NCBI RefSeq assembly: GCF_006345805.1
Contig: NC_043014.1
Location: forward strand, 40,114,001 to 40,178,000
Origin: Octopus sinensis
Lineage: Eukaryota
Reading direction: 5' to 3'
DNA: 64,000 nucleotides
The notes under the pieces were generated by a model. It was not told where the DNA came from. It saw only the letters and a list, made by a program, of their open reading frames with translations, and ran no database searches. The position numbers and the translations under genes are program-made. Below, piece after piece: positions 51,546 through 63,101 of the stretch (position 1 is its first letter; every line of letters starts with the position of its first letter).

Positions 51546-52633
51546 GGATCTTTTCGGTTTGAACGGCAGTTTTTTAAAATAATTTCCACGTAACTAAACA
51601 CTTTTAAACTTCGTATACTGGTAGAATGTGTTTATAAAACATCTTTTTCTCTTGGCTTTCTTGAGAAAATTCTGTTGTTTGTAAGATATTTGTCAGATAT
51701 TTTCTTCAATTTTGGTAATTTCAACCAATCAATGACATCTATTGAGGTGAAAACATTATCTGCCGTAAAATTTTCTGGCAGTGAAATATGAAAATGTCCC
51801 TCGTTTAAGAAGCAGATTGGGTTTATTTACATTTCTGAAGAAAAAAAGATACCCTAACCTAAACCCTAACCCTAAAACAGATTGAAATGCAATAAATCAA
51901 TACTAGGGTCATAATTATGGATGGACACTAAAGAGGGAACGGTTTTGTTATCCAGCTCTGTTTACGAGTGACCCCTCTGTTTATGGCCACAGGGTATCTT
52001 TTTTCTCATAAAAAACAGGGACATTTTCATATGACCCCGCCAATAAATGTTACGGCAGTAATCGTTTTCACCTCAATAGGCGTCATTGATTGGTTGAAAT
52101 TGCCGAAATGCAAGAAATTAAAGACCAAATATCTTACAAACTATAGAATTTTCTCAAGAAAGCCAAGAGAAAAAGATGTTTTATAAACACATTCTACCAG
52201 TATACGAAATTTAAAAGTGTTTAGTTACGTGGAAATTATTTTTAAAAACTGCCGTTCAAACCGAAAAGTTCCCAGCTCAGTGGCAGAGACGCTAAGGGCA
52301 GCTACACCAGATCTGACATATGAAATTGTCACCCATAATTATGACCCCAGTATCGATCTATTGCATTTCTTCACAAATGTAAATAAACCCAATCTGTTTC
52401 TTAAATGAGGGACATTTTCATATGGCACAGAATGTTTTCACCTCAATAGACGTCATTGAGTGGTTGAAATTGCAGAAATTGCAGAAAAAAACAACAACAA
52501 ATATCTTACAAACTATAAAATTTTCTCAATAAAGCCAAGAGAAAAAGATGTTTTATAAACACATTCTACCCGTATACGAAGTTTAACATTTTTTAGTTAC
52601 CTAGAAATTATTTTTAAAAACTGCCGAAGATCC
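51546..52633. mobile_element. Composite/rearranged GGATC-MITE, 8-bp TSD (CTGAGCTG)
   Basis: TSD at 51538-51545 and 52634-52641. Contains three partial copies in alternating orientation plus an inverted copy of its own left flank. Confidence 0.8.
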
Positions 52634-53427
52634 CTGAGCTGTTAGTCACTACACCCACTCATCTCTCAAAGGCCACCCATTACCGACATCCAGTCTCTTA
52701 CCACTGACCATTCAACGTCTGTCTGTCACTCCCCCACTACTCTCGGTAGAGACAACTATGTCTCTCAGTATACTCTAACCATTTCAGACTTTCTTCCACA
52801 GCTACTTACAGTTCTGTCATTCCTAATTTCTATTTTTTCCATACTGTCACCTCAATCACTCTGTCACGCCCACCACACTCGCCCTTCCTTCTCCCTTCTT
52901 CCTTTATGTAGTCATTCTAGTTTTGACCCATTATATTGGTCTCATATAATAATGAGGTCTCCCTTTTGTCTTGCAGTGACAACCTCACTAGTGCTGATGC
53001 AGTGATAAAACGTAAACAGTACACTATAAAGTATTTCGCACTCCTTAAAGTAAATATCTAATGTTTGAGTCATAATAAAATGCACTCAGCACTCTCTATA
53101 AAGTGGGTGGTTGCAGGAAGGGCATCTAGCTATGAAGAGCATCAAGCTATGAGAAAGAAAGTGTAGACTAGGTTCCCCCACTAATCACACACACGGAGAC
53201 ACATGTTTGTCTTTGTGTTTTATCTTCGATTATGGAGCCAGTTTGTAATATCTGGTCTCATGTGAACCAAGCTATATATTCTATAGTTTGTAAGATATTT
53301 GGTCTTTAATTTCTTGCATTTCAACCAATCAATGACGCCTATATCTAATACAATCGTTTGTTTGTATTCCACCTGCCTTCGTCTTTTGTTTATTTTCATA
53401 AAGCTTCCCGTTATATATATATATATA

Positions 53428-53815
53428 TATAGGCGCAGGAGTGGTAAGTAGCTTGCTTAACAACCACATGGTTCCGGGTTCAGTCCCACTGCGTGGCACC
53501 TTGGGCAAGTGTCTTCTTCTATAGCCTCGGGCCGACCAAAGCCTTGTGAGTGGATTAGGTAGATGGAAAGTGAAAGAAGCCAGTCGTATATATGTATATA
53601 TATATGTATGTATGTGTGTATATGTTTGTTCACCCACTCACAATCGCTTGACAACCGATGGTGGTGTGTTTACGTCCCCGTAACTTAGCGTTTCGCCAAA
53701 AGACACCGATAGAATAAATACTAGGCTTACAAAGAATAAGTCCTGGGGTCGATTTTTTTGACTAAAGGCAGTGCTCCAGCATGGCTGCAGTCAATTGACT
53801 GAAACAAGTAAAAGA
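53428..53815 (+). mobile_element. SINE family A copy
   Basis: Full-length. Opposite-orientation partner at 54740-55150. Confidence 0.85.
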
Positions 53816-54184
53816 GTATACATATATGCATATATATATATATATATATATATAGGAATAGTGGCAAAACAAGGCACCAATGTTTGCTGGAAATAGCAGC
53901 CTATAACCGTACGATGCTGCGTAAAGCTTTATTGAATGTATATATATATATAAGCAAAGATGTGTGCGGCGGCGAACATAAAACATTTTCGAAGAGTGCC
54001 GGATAAGTGGACAAATATGCTACTATTGTCTTATATTGCACACTCACGATCTATAGGAAGTAACTATATCTTCGTAAATTTCTCAGGCACACTTTAATTG
54101 AAGAATCACAACTCACATGTTCTATGAGAATATATATATATCTAGTTTTGATCCGAAACAAATACAATACACTCCCGTATTTCA

Positions 54185-54556
54185 TCTCTCTATATATAAA
54201 CGGCAGTTTGTCTGTGCGTGTTTCTGTGTGTCTGTTTGCTTGTACCCTCACCCCGACCACGGCTTTCAACCGATTCTGATGAAACTTGACACACACATAG
54301 CCCAATGTCATAATTCAAAACTAACGCAGCGAAAATTTTGAAAAGTTTCCCCAGTTCTGAAAAAAATCGATAAATTCGACATGGGGTCGAGAATCGGAAA
54401 CACGAACCACAGTCTAGGGGACGCAACTCCATCCTTTTTTGACTCTCAAAAAAATATTTACCATCATTTTTTTCCATTTTTTTGGCTATAACTCTCTAAA
54501 AATGCTTTATAGTTATTTCCCTTACAAACCTGAGCAACGCCGGGCGATACTGCTAG
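54185..54556 (+). mobile_element. Non-autonomous Helitron
   Basis: A|TC 5' end (tctctctatatataaac), 3' subterminal gagcaacgccggg GC-rich motif followed by CTAG|T, no TSD. Confidence 0.8.
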
Positions 54557-54644
54557 TGGCATATAAAACGCATTTTTCTTTAAAGAAAAAAAAATGTGCC
54601 TCAAAAAAAATCACCCTGAATCATATATGTAAAGTTTAACGATA

Positions 54645-55958
54645 CTATTTAAGATGAGTGGTTCCGATGTGCGTACTCGCGCATCCGCGCTACGTAGTCG
54701 TGACTAGTCGATCCTTACTTTGTGTTTTTGTGTTTTATTTACTTTACTCTTTACTCTTTTACTTGTTTCAGTCATTTGACTGCGGCCATGCTGGAGCACC
54801 GCCTTTAGTCAAGCAAATCGACCCCGGGACTTATTCTTTGTAAGCCTAGTACTTATTCTATCGGTCTCTTTTGCCGAACTGCTAAGTAACAAGGACGTAA
54901 ACACCAGCATCGGTCGTCAAGCAATGCTAGGGGGACAAACACAGACACACAAACACATACACACATATATATATATATACATATATATGACAGGCTTCTT
55001 TCAGTTTCTGTCTACCAAATCCACTCACAAGGCTTTGGTCAGCCCGAGGCTATAGCAGAAGACACTTGCCCAAGATGCCGCGCAGTGGGACTGAACCCGG
55101 AACCATGTGGTTGGTAAGCAAGCTACTTACCACACAGCCACTCCTGCGCCTTTACTTTGTTTAAAAAAATTATTACTTTGTTTAAAAAAATTATTTACTT
55201 TGTGTAAAAAATTTGGATCTTTTCACTTTGACCGGCAGATTGATCCAAATTATTGTTTATTTTGTGTTTTATTTACTTTGCTAGGTAGTCGTTGTAGGAT
55301 CGACTAGTCATGACTAGCTAGCGCAGATGTGCGTGTACGTGAGTGCGTGCACCGGGACCACTCTTTTTAAATATTACCAAGTTTGGATCTTTTCGGTTTG
55401 AAAGGCAGTTTTTTCTAGCAGTGTCATATGAAATTGTCACCCATAATTATGACCCTAGTATCGATCTATTGCATTTCATTCTGTTTTAGGGTTAGGGTTA
55501 GGGTTAAGGTTAGGGGTGGGGGGAAGGGTATCTTTTTTCTTCCCAAATGTAAATAAACCCAATCTGTTTCTTAAACGAGGGAATATTCATACGGCACAGA
55601 ATGTTTTCACCTCAATAGACGCCATTGATTGGTTGAAATTGCAGAAATTGAAGAAAAACAACAACAAATATCTTACAAACTTTAGAATTTTCTCAATAAA
55701 GCCAAGAGAAAAGATGTTTTATAAACACATTCTACCAGTATACGAAGTTTAAAAGTGTTTAGTTACGTGGAAATCATTTTAAAAAACTGCCGTTCAAACC
55801 GAAAAGATCCAAATTATTTACTTTGTGTAAAAAACATCACATATTTTGTATTTTATTTACTTTGCTAGGTAGTCGTTGTAGGATCGACTAGTCACGACTA
55901 GCTAGCGCAGACGCGCGAGGTTACGAGTGCGCGCACCGGGACCACGCTTCTTAAATAG
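54645..55958. mobile_element. CpG-rich TIR element, TA-flanked, with nested SINE and MITE
   Basis: Left end ctatttaagatgagtggttccg...gactagtcgatcct is the reverse complement of the right end aggatcgactagtc...cgggaccacgcttcttaaatag. Confidence 0.6.
55385..55810. mobile_element. Short GGATC-MITE copy (reverse orientation to 49061)
   Basis: Same TIRs, ttaggg tract at ~55487-55523. Confidence 0.8.
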
Positions 55959-56489
55959 TAATAAGTTTAACTTCCCACATAAAAAAAACTTTAATGCACT
56001 AAAAACATTTCCCCTCTAAATATTCGCTGATGAAATTAGGTCGCGTCTCACGTACCAAGTGCATCTATTATGTCATCAACAGTTCTGTATTACAAAAAAT
56101 CCAGTCAAACTGATACAGTAAATAGTGAAGCGTAAATCATTTTGTAAACATTGAGATTTATCGGCGGTGGTTCGACGTATAGGACTTGTTGGGTGTAACC
56201 CATTCCAGACGTGTCAAAAGTTCGCTATTGGAATGTATGTATAATCCAGTGCTTAGTACGAATTGTTAATTTTCCTGTTGATGAAACAATTAGAGCTATT
56301 GAAATAGGGATTGCTAAATTAACAAACCATTTTACGCTCTTGGCTGATGATTATTATAACTATAGATTTAGTAGGCGCAGGTTTGATTGCAAGGTTAAGA
56401 CGTTTGATTCTCGGCCATGTGGTTCTGGGTTCAGTTTTACTGCGCGGCACCTTTGGACAAGTGCATTCTGCTCTAGGCCCGTCTGTCTG

Positions 56490-57003
56490 TCTGTCTGTCT
56501 GTATGTATGTATATATGTATGTAATGTACGTATGTATGTAATGTACGTACGTACGTATGTATGTAATGTACGTACGTACGTATGTATGTAATGTACGTAC
56601 GTACGTATGTATGTAATGTACGTACGTACGTATGTATGTAATGTACGTACGTACGTATGTATGTAATGTACGTACGTACGTATGTATGTAATGTACGTAC
56701 GTACGTATGTATGTAATGTACGTACGTACGTATGTATGTAATGTACGTACGTACGTATGTATGTAATGTACGTACGTATGTATGTAATGTACGTACGTAC
56801 GTATGTATGTAATGTACGTACGTATGTATGTAATGTACGTACGTACGTATGTATGTATGTATGTAATGTACGTACGTATGTATGTAATGTACGTACGTAC
56901 GTACGTATGTATGTATGTAATGTACGTACGTATGTATATATATATATGTGTGTATGTATGTATGTATGTATGTATGTATGTATGTATGTATGTATGCATG
57001 CAT
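56490..57003. repeat. TATG/TACG tract with 25-bp higher-order unit
   Basis: Unit tatgtatgtaatgtacgtacgtacg repeated about 8 times, then shorter variants. Confidence 0.93.
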
Positions 57004-57020
57004 GCTTACCAGGGCCAACC

Positions 57021-57549
57021 GTGACATTTTTTCCCCACGAGAGTTCCGGACCTCAGTAATGAACTCATTTGCATACAGCCAATCAGAGCTCACCTTGACC
57101 ATGTTAAGTTAACAAACACACTCTACCAAGCAAACTCAAGACGAAGAACGGTGTTGTAAGTCGATTTTAGAATGAGACAAGTAATTACTAGATAGATTTG
57201 TATCTATACCTATCATCGGATTTTGTTAAGGCCCCATATGGCAAAGATATGGATGGGGAAAATGTAGGTAGAGGGTGATGTACTAGCAACCCTCTCCCCT
57301 TACTGTTTTACAAAGTAGACAACAACACAAATAACTACGCAGAGGCAGTCATGGTTGAAATAAGAACAAGAACAATAAAGCATTATTAAAAGAGCAAAGA
57401 AGCATGGTCATTCCTTACCCAAATGACCTTGTCTTATCGCCCATCACTTGTTATGCGCTCATAAATTATCTTGATAGTTGAGCTCTGATTGGCTGTAAGC
57501 AAATGTGTTAATAACTGGTGTCCGGAACTCTCGTGGGAAAAAATTTCGC
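57021..57549. mobile_element. Putative MITE with ~75-bp imperfect TIRs
   Basis: ttttttccccacgagagttccggac...ccaatcagagctca versus tgagctctgattgg...gtccggaactctcgtgggaaaaaa. Confidence 0.6.
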
Positions 57550-58289
57550 GACGACCCGGACACTTGTACAAGGTACTACGCAGTGGAACTGAAGTTGAAA
57601 TCACGCGGTTGCATTACGAACTTCTTAAACGGCCATGCTGCACCTAATTTAAGGTACTTTTTTAGAAACAAAAAAAATCCTATTTATAGCATATGTTACA
57701 GGCCCGTGGACTAGATTAACCTTGCCCCAGTTCCATTTCACTTATGCTACCTCGAAAAAGGCATGAGAATTACATAATTCCATCATCCTATAAATTTGTG
57801 AGAAACGATCATCATTATTTAACGTATGTATGGGTCAGACGGAATTCGTTGAGGCAAATTTTCTACGGCCGGATGTTCTTGTGACCAACGCTCGTCTATT
57901 TTCAAGCAAGATTAAAAAGGAAAACCCCGCTTGTGTGACAGTAGGATTATTTACATCCATCACCTAATGTCTAGACAAAAATACACTGAGTACACACACA
58001 CGTACACACACACACACACAACACACACACACACACACAAACGGAGCCTCGCGGAGCTTAGATATTTTTGCTCAATAAACACTCTCAACGCCCGGTCTGG
58101 GAATCGAAACCTACATAAATAATTGTAATAATAGTAATGATAATATTAATAATAATCTGGAATAGAATGCCCGGCAGAGATCCTACAGAAAGTTTGTCTC
58201 TGAGGGGCAGCAGGGATTATCAGGTGAGTTCTAAGCACTTGAAAGACTGCTGAAAACTTGTGGATACTTAAGGTTACTAGTAGTAACTC

Positions 58290-58605
58290 GCTATCCACAT
58301 AATTCCTACAAGGAATAAGACCGAAGCCGAGCCAAGGCTGGATATAGTTGTCAGAGATCACCAAGAAAAAATGCTTTCTAATTGATGTATCAATATCAAC
58401 AGATAGCAACGTTTCTCTAAAAGAAATGGAGAAACTATCAAAATACAAAGATCTGGAAATAGAGGCAACTCGAATGTGGAGTCTAAAACTAAAAACAATT
58501 CCTATCATAGTAGGCGCATTAGATATGATGAAAAGCATTTAGACCGATACATAACAAAAACACAAGGACTTACAAGTATATATAGCATACAGGAAATAGC
58601 GCTAC
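58290..58605 (+). mobile_element. R4/Dong-type (RLE-endonuclease) non-LTR retrotransposon 3' fragment
   Basis: CFLIDVSISTDSNVSLKEMEKLSKYKDLEIEATRMWSLK..IPIIVGAL fits the PD-(D/E)xK RLE pattern. 3' UTR resumes after the MITE at ~59030-59150. Confidence 0.75.
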
Positions 58606-59022
58606 GGATCTTTTCGGTTTGAACGGCAGTTTTTAACATATAGGTAACTAAAAAAATTTAAACTTCGTATACTGGTAGAATGTGTTTATAAAACATCTTT
58701 TTCTCTTGGCTTTATTGAGAAAATTCTAAAGTTTGTAAGATATTTGTTGTTGTTTTTTTCTTCAATTTCTGCAATTTCAACCACTCAATGACCGTCTATT
58801 GAGGTGAAAACATTCTGTGCCGTATGAAAATGTCCCTCGTTTAAGAAACAGATTGGGTTTATTTACATTTGTGAAGAAAAAAGTTACCCTTCCCCCACCC
58901 CTAACTAACCCTAACCCTAAAATAGATTGAAATGCAATAGATCGATACTAGGGTCATAATTATGGGTGACAATTTCATATGACACCGCTAGAAAAAAACT
59001 CCCGTTCAAACCGAAAAGATCC
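58606..59022. mobile_element. Short GGATC-MITE copy inserted in an R4/Dong-type LINE 3' end
   Basis: Same TIRs. Imperfect flanking duplication tagcgctac/taacgctac. Confidence 0.8.
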
Positions 59023-60139
59023 TAACGCTACTGAAAATAAGAGCATCACAACAAACCACAGGTTATACCCAAGGCATACAGAACTGCGCTGGGTAGTGCA
59101 GTGAAAGCACGTGATAAAAATAAGACTACTGAATAACAACAACGACAACGACGATGACGACGACGACAACAACAACAACAACAACAATAACCGGGCACTG
59201 GCTCTCGTGGCTTCTGATCTTAACTGATTGAAAGTATTATCATGTACATGTTTTGTCTTTGTGTAGAAGATGGGCTACAGCAAATACTATATATTCTGCT
59301 CAATACCACAGATTTGCTTGTCAGTTGTTTGGTGGCTGACGATATGTGCATCTCTGATCACGGGCAGAAGTAGTGGGGAAGCATCATAGCCATGTGTTGA
59401 GAGGATTTCTTTGGGGTTTAGGCGTAGGAGTGGTTGTGTGGTAAGTAGCTTGCTTACCAACCACATGGTTCTGGGTTCAGTCCCACTGCGTGGCACCTTG
59501 GATAAGTGTCTTCTACTGTAGCCTCGGGCCGACCAAAGCCTTGTGAGTGGATTTGGTAGACGGAAACTGAAAGAAGCCCGTCGTATATATGTATATGTGT
59601 GTGTGTGTGTGTATGTTTGCGTGTCTGTGTTTGTCCCCCCCCCCAACATCGCTTGACAACCGATGCCGGTGTGTTTACATCCCCGTAACTTAGCGGTTCG
59701 GCAAAAGAGACCGATAGAATAAGTATTCGGCTTACAAAGAATAAGTCCTGGGGTCGATTTGCTCGACTAAAGGCGGTGCTCCAGCATGGCCACAGTCAAA
59801 TGACTGAAAAAAGTAAAGAAAGAGATATAATTCACTCCCGGAGACATGGGTATTTCGTTCAACATCCTTAAACAACCCTTATTCAGGGAGCTTTTGAGTA
59901 GAATGGACTACTCGACCTGAAGGAAGTTCTAACTGGGCCCCACCTGCGAGGTTCATACGCTGTTTATCTTGATACGAGATCAGCATGTCGCGCGCATATT
60001 GTTGCGATGCATATGCCTGGTGTTTCTTTATCAGACGGGTAGTCATGATGGGTATACTGGGCTTCGTATATTTGTACCCCAGTGTCACTTTGATGGCATG
60101 CGCTGCTTCCTCTCTATAATAATAATAATAATAATAATA

Positions 60140-60436
60140 ATATGATTGCTACCTAACTCAGATACCAGGAAACCCCAAAATGGCAGAAATTCAAAAGATA
60201 GTGCTCATGGGAACTGCTCATATCCTACGCAAAATACTTTCTATGTAATCTCAGGGTTTAAAACAAACATAATTATCGTTTTTTTTTGTACATTCACTAG
60301 TACAACACCCCCAAAAAAGAAAACCCAAATATATGGCACACTAGGCATAACAACATGAACTTCCAACCTGTTGTCTCTTGAGGTCTCTGGGTGAGACTTG
60401 GAGCCAACTTGTACAAATATAACGCAAAAGTCAAAC

Positions 60437-60497
<61 letters not shown>
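60140..60497 (+). mobile_element. R4/Dong-type LINE extreme 3' end with long (AAT)n tail
   Basis: IQKIVLMGTAHILRKILSM* followed by UTR and (AAT)~20. Confidence 0.65.
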
Positions 60498-60498
<1 letters not shown>

Positions 60499-61062
60499 CC
60501 CTGATGCAGTACCAGACAGTGGCTCTCATGTCTCCTGATCTTAACTGATTGGAAGTGTTACTATGTACATTGCTTTGTCTTGGTATAAAAGATGGGCTAC
60601 AGCAGATATTCTGATTAATACCACAGATTTGCTTGTCAGTTGTTTGACCATAACCAGCTGAGCATGTCCCTTAGTGGTTGACTATATGTGCATCTCTGAC
60701 CACGAGCAGAAGTAGTGGGGGAACATCATAGCCATGTGTTGAAAGGAATTCTTTGAGGTTTGGATAACCCACCTTTGGAAACAGGGGTGGTTCGCTCAAC
60801 ATTCTTAAACAATCCTTATTCAGGGACCTTTTGAGCGGGGTGAGTAACTCGACCAGAAGAAAATTCTAACTGGGTCCCACCTGCAAGGTCATTTGCTGTT
60901 TATCTTGATATGAGATCACCATGTCGCGCACATATGGCTGTGATGCATGTAACTGGTGTACCCTTATCAGACGGGTAGTCATGATGGGTATACTGGGCTT
61001 CGTATATTTTATCCCAGTGTCACTTTGATGGCATGCACTGCTCTCTTACTCAATAATAATAA
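60497..61062 (+). mobile_element. ~560-bp non-coding (AAT)n-tailed element, unclassified
   Basis: A second copy at 59191-60140 is split by a SINE at ~59419-59820. Both begin in or right after AAT/AAC tracts and end in (AAT)n. Confidence 0.65.
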
Positions 61063-61539
61063 TATTTAAGTAAATAGCATTATCAAGGAGTCAGGCTAGG
61101 TAGAAAAGGCCGTGTGGATTAAAATTAGCCTACAATAATGATCGTCAGGGACAAAGTTTGCTTACGGCAGCTCATCTTCGATGAGGTACCAAGGTGATTT
61201 TTGAGGCTTTCTTTGAGAAAAAGTATTTACTATATGCCATCAATTACGGTGGTATTGTTTTGCTTAAGGGTAAAATATAAGGTTTCTTATCCGTTTAAAT
61301 ATCATAATTTCAATTTAATGGAAATGGTTAGCATTAATGTATCAACAGTGTTAGCCAAAAGTCATCGGTCAGTAAATCAAAATTCCATAAATACTTAATA
61401 TCTAATTTTATTTATTCATTTCAATTATGAATGTTTAATAAATGAATTCTGGGAGTTAAAAACCACCATTTTTTTTTCAACACTTGTCTATTAGCAATGT
61501 CTCACATAAATAATGAAAATAAACAAAAAAGCTTCGTGA

Positions 61540-61742
61540 TCGGCAAATCAGTTCCAATAGATGGCAGTTTATCTCGAAAACGAAATGGAGGAATTATCGA
61601 AATACAAAGATCTGGAAATAGAAATAATCCGAAGGAGGAGCTTGAAAACAGAAGCATCGCCCATCCCTATAATAAAAGGTGCTTTAGGTATGGTGAAAAC
61701 CCCATGAAAAAATGCAGGCAAATATATAACCAGGATTTACGA

Positions 61743-61813
<71 letters not shown>

Positions 61814-61975
61814 AATAATACTACTTAACACTGCCATCTTAAAACAAAGAGCACTTTCAATACAGTAAAACTTACGATACAAAAAATACCCCACAGCAAT
61901 GCACTGGGTAGTGCAGTGAAAGCACGCGATACAAATACAAAATAAAACTACCGAATAATAATAATAATAATAATC
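61540..61975 (+). mobile_element. R4/Dong-type LINE 3' fragment
   Basis: Similar to 58290-58605 (KYKDLEIE), IQKIILLNTAILKQRALSIQ*, shared UTR ctgggtagtgcagtgaaagcacg, (AAT)n tail. Confidence 0.7.
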
Positions 61976-63101
61976 CCTTCTGCTAAAGGTACAAGGCCTG
62001 AAATTTTAGGGGAGGAGACTAGTCGATTACATCGACTCCAGTGCTCAAATGGTTCTTATTTCATTGACCCCGAAAGGATGAAAAGCGAAGTCAACCTCAG
62101 CGGAATAATGATAATAATAATAATAATTAATTCTTTTTATTGGCCACAAGGGCTGACAAACATGATTGGAAACATAAAGGGACAAAACAGGACGAAAGGT
62201 TACAAAAGGTTTTGTCCGTTTTTCGAAAGAAAAAAGTCCGTGTAAACAAGCTTTATAACAACGAGAACAAAAATTTAACTATTTACAAAACTCCCAATAG
62301 AGGAGACGCTTCGAAAAAAGAATATAATATTAATAATAATCATAATAATAATCATAATAATAATCATTTAATAGCCACAAGGTCCTCTAGACGATGAGAA
62401 TACAAGGGACAGGGTTACAACAGAGTAAGGGTTTATATAAAGTCGTGTAAAAAATAATATAACATTCTAATTTTGGCACAAGGCCAGCAGTTTTGAATAG
62501 TGGAGGCAAGTCGATCATATCGACCCTAATGCTTAATTAGTACTAATTTTATCTCCCCCGAAAGGATGAAAGGCAAAGTCAACCTCGGCGGAATTTGAAC
62601 TCAGAAGGTAAAGAGCCGAAAAACATGTCGCTAAGCAATTTGTTCGACGCGCTAACATTTCTGCCTGCTCGTCGTGTAACAAAAAAAAAAAAATGAAAAC
62701 AAGATAAAGATATATCAACAAAGAAAATTCCCGAAAGGTGTGTGTGTGTGAGCTACCTAGAGATAGTCAAGTGATACGCAAATCTCGAATCATCCCGAAT
62801 ATATATTTCTTTACTACCCACAAGGGGCTAAACACAGAGGGGACAAACAAGGACAGACAAAAGGATTAAGTCGATTACATCGACCCCAGCGCGTAACTGG
62901 TACTTAATTTATCGACCCCGAAAGGATGACAGGCAAAGTCGACCTCGGTGGAATTTGAACTCAGAACGTAACGGCAGCCATCCCGAATATAACAATGATG
63001 TTGGAATATGACAAAAATAATGACAACAAATTAAAGTATTTTCAGTGAATGACATTATAAAAAACGAATAAAATAAAATGTTTATCAATATGGTGACTTA
63101 C

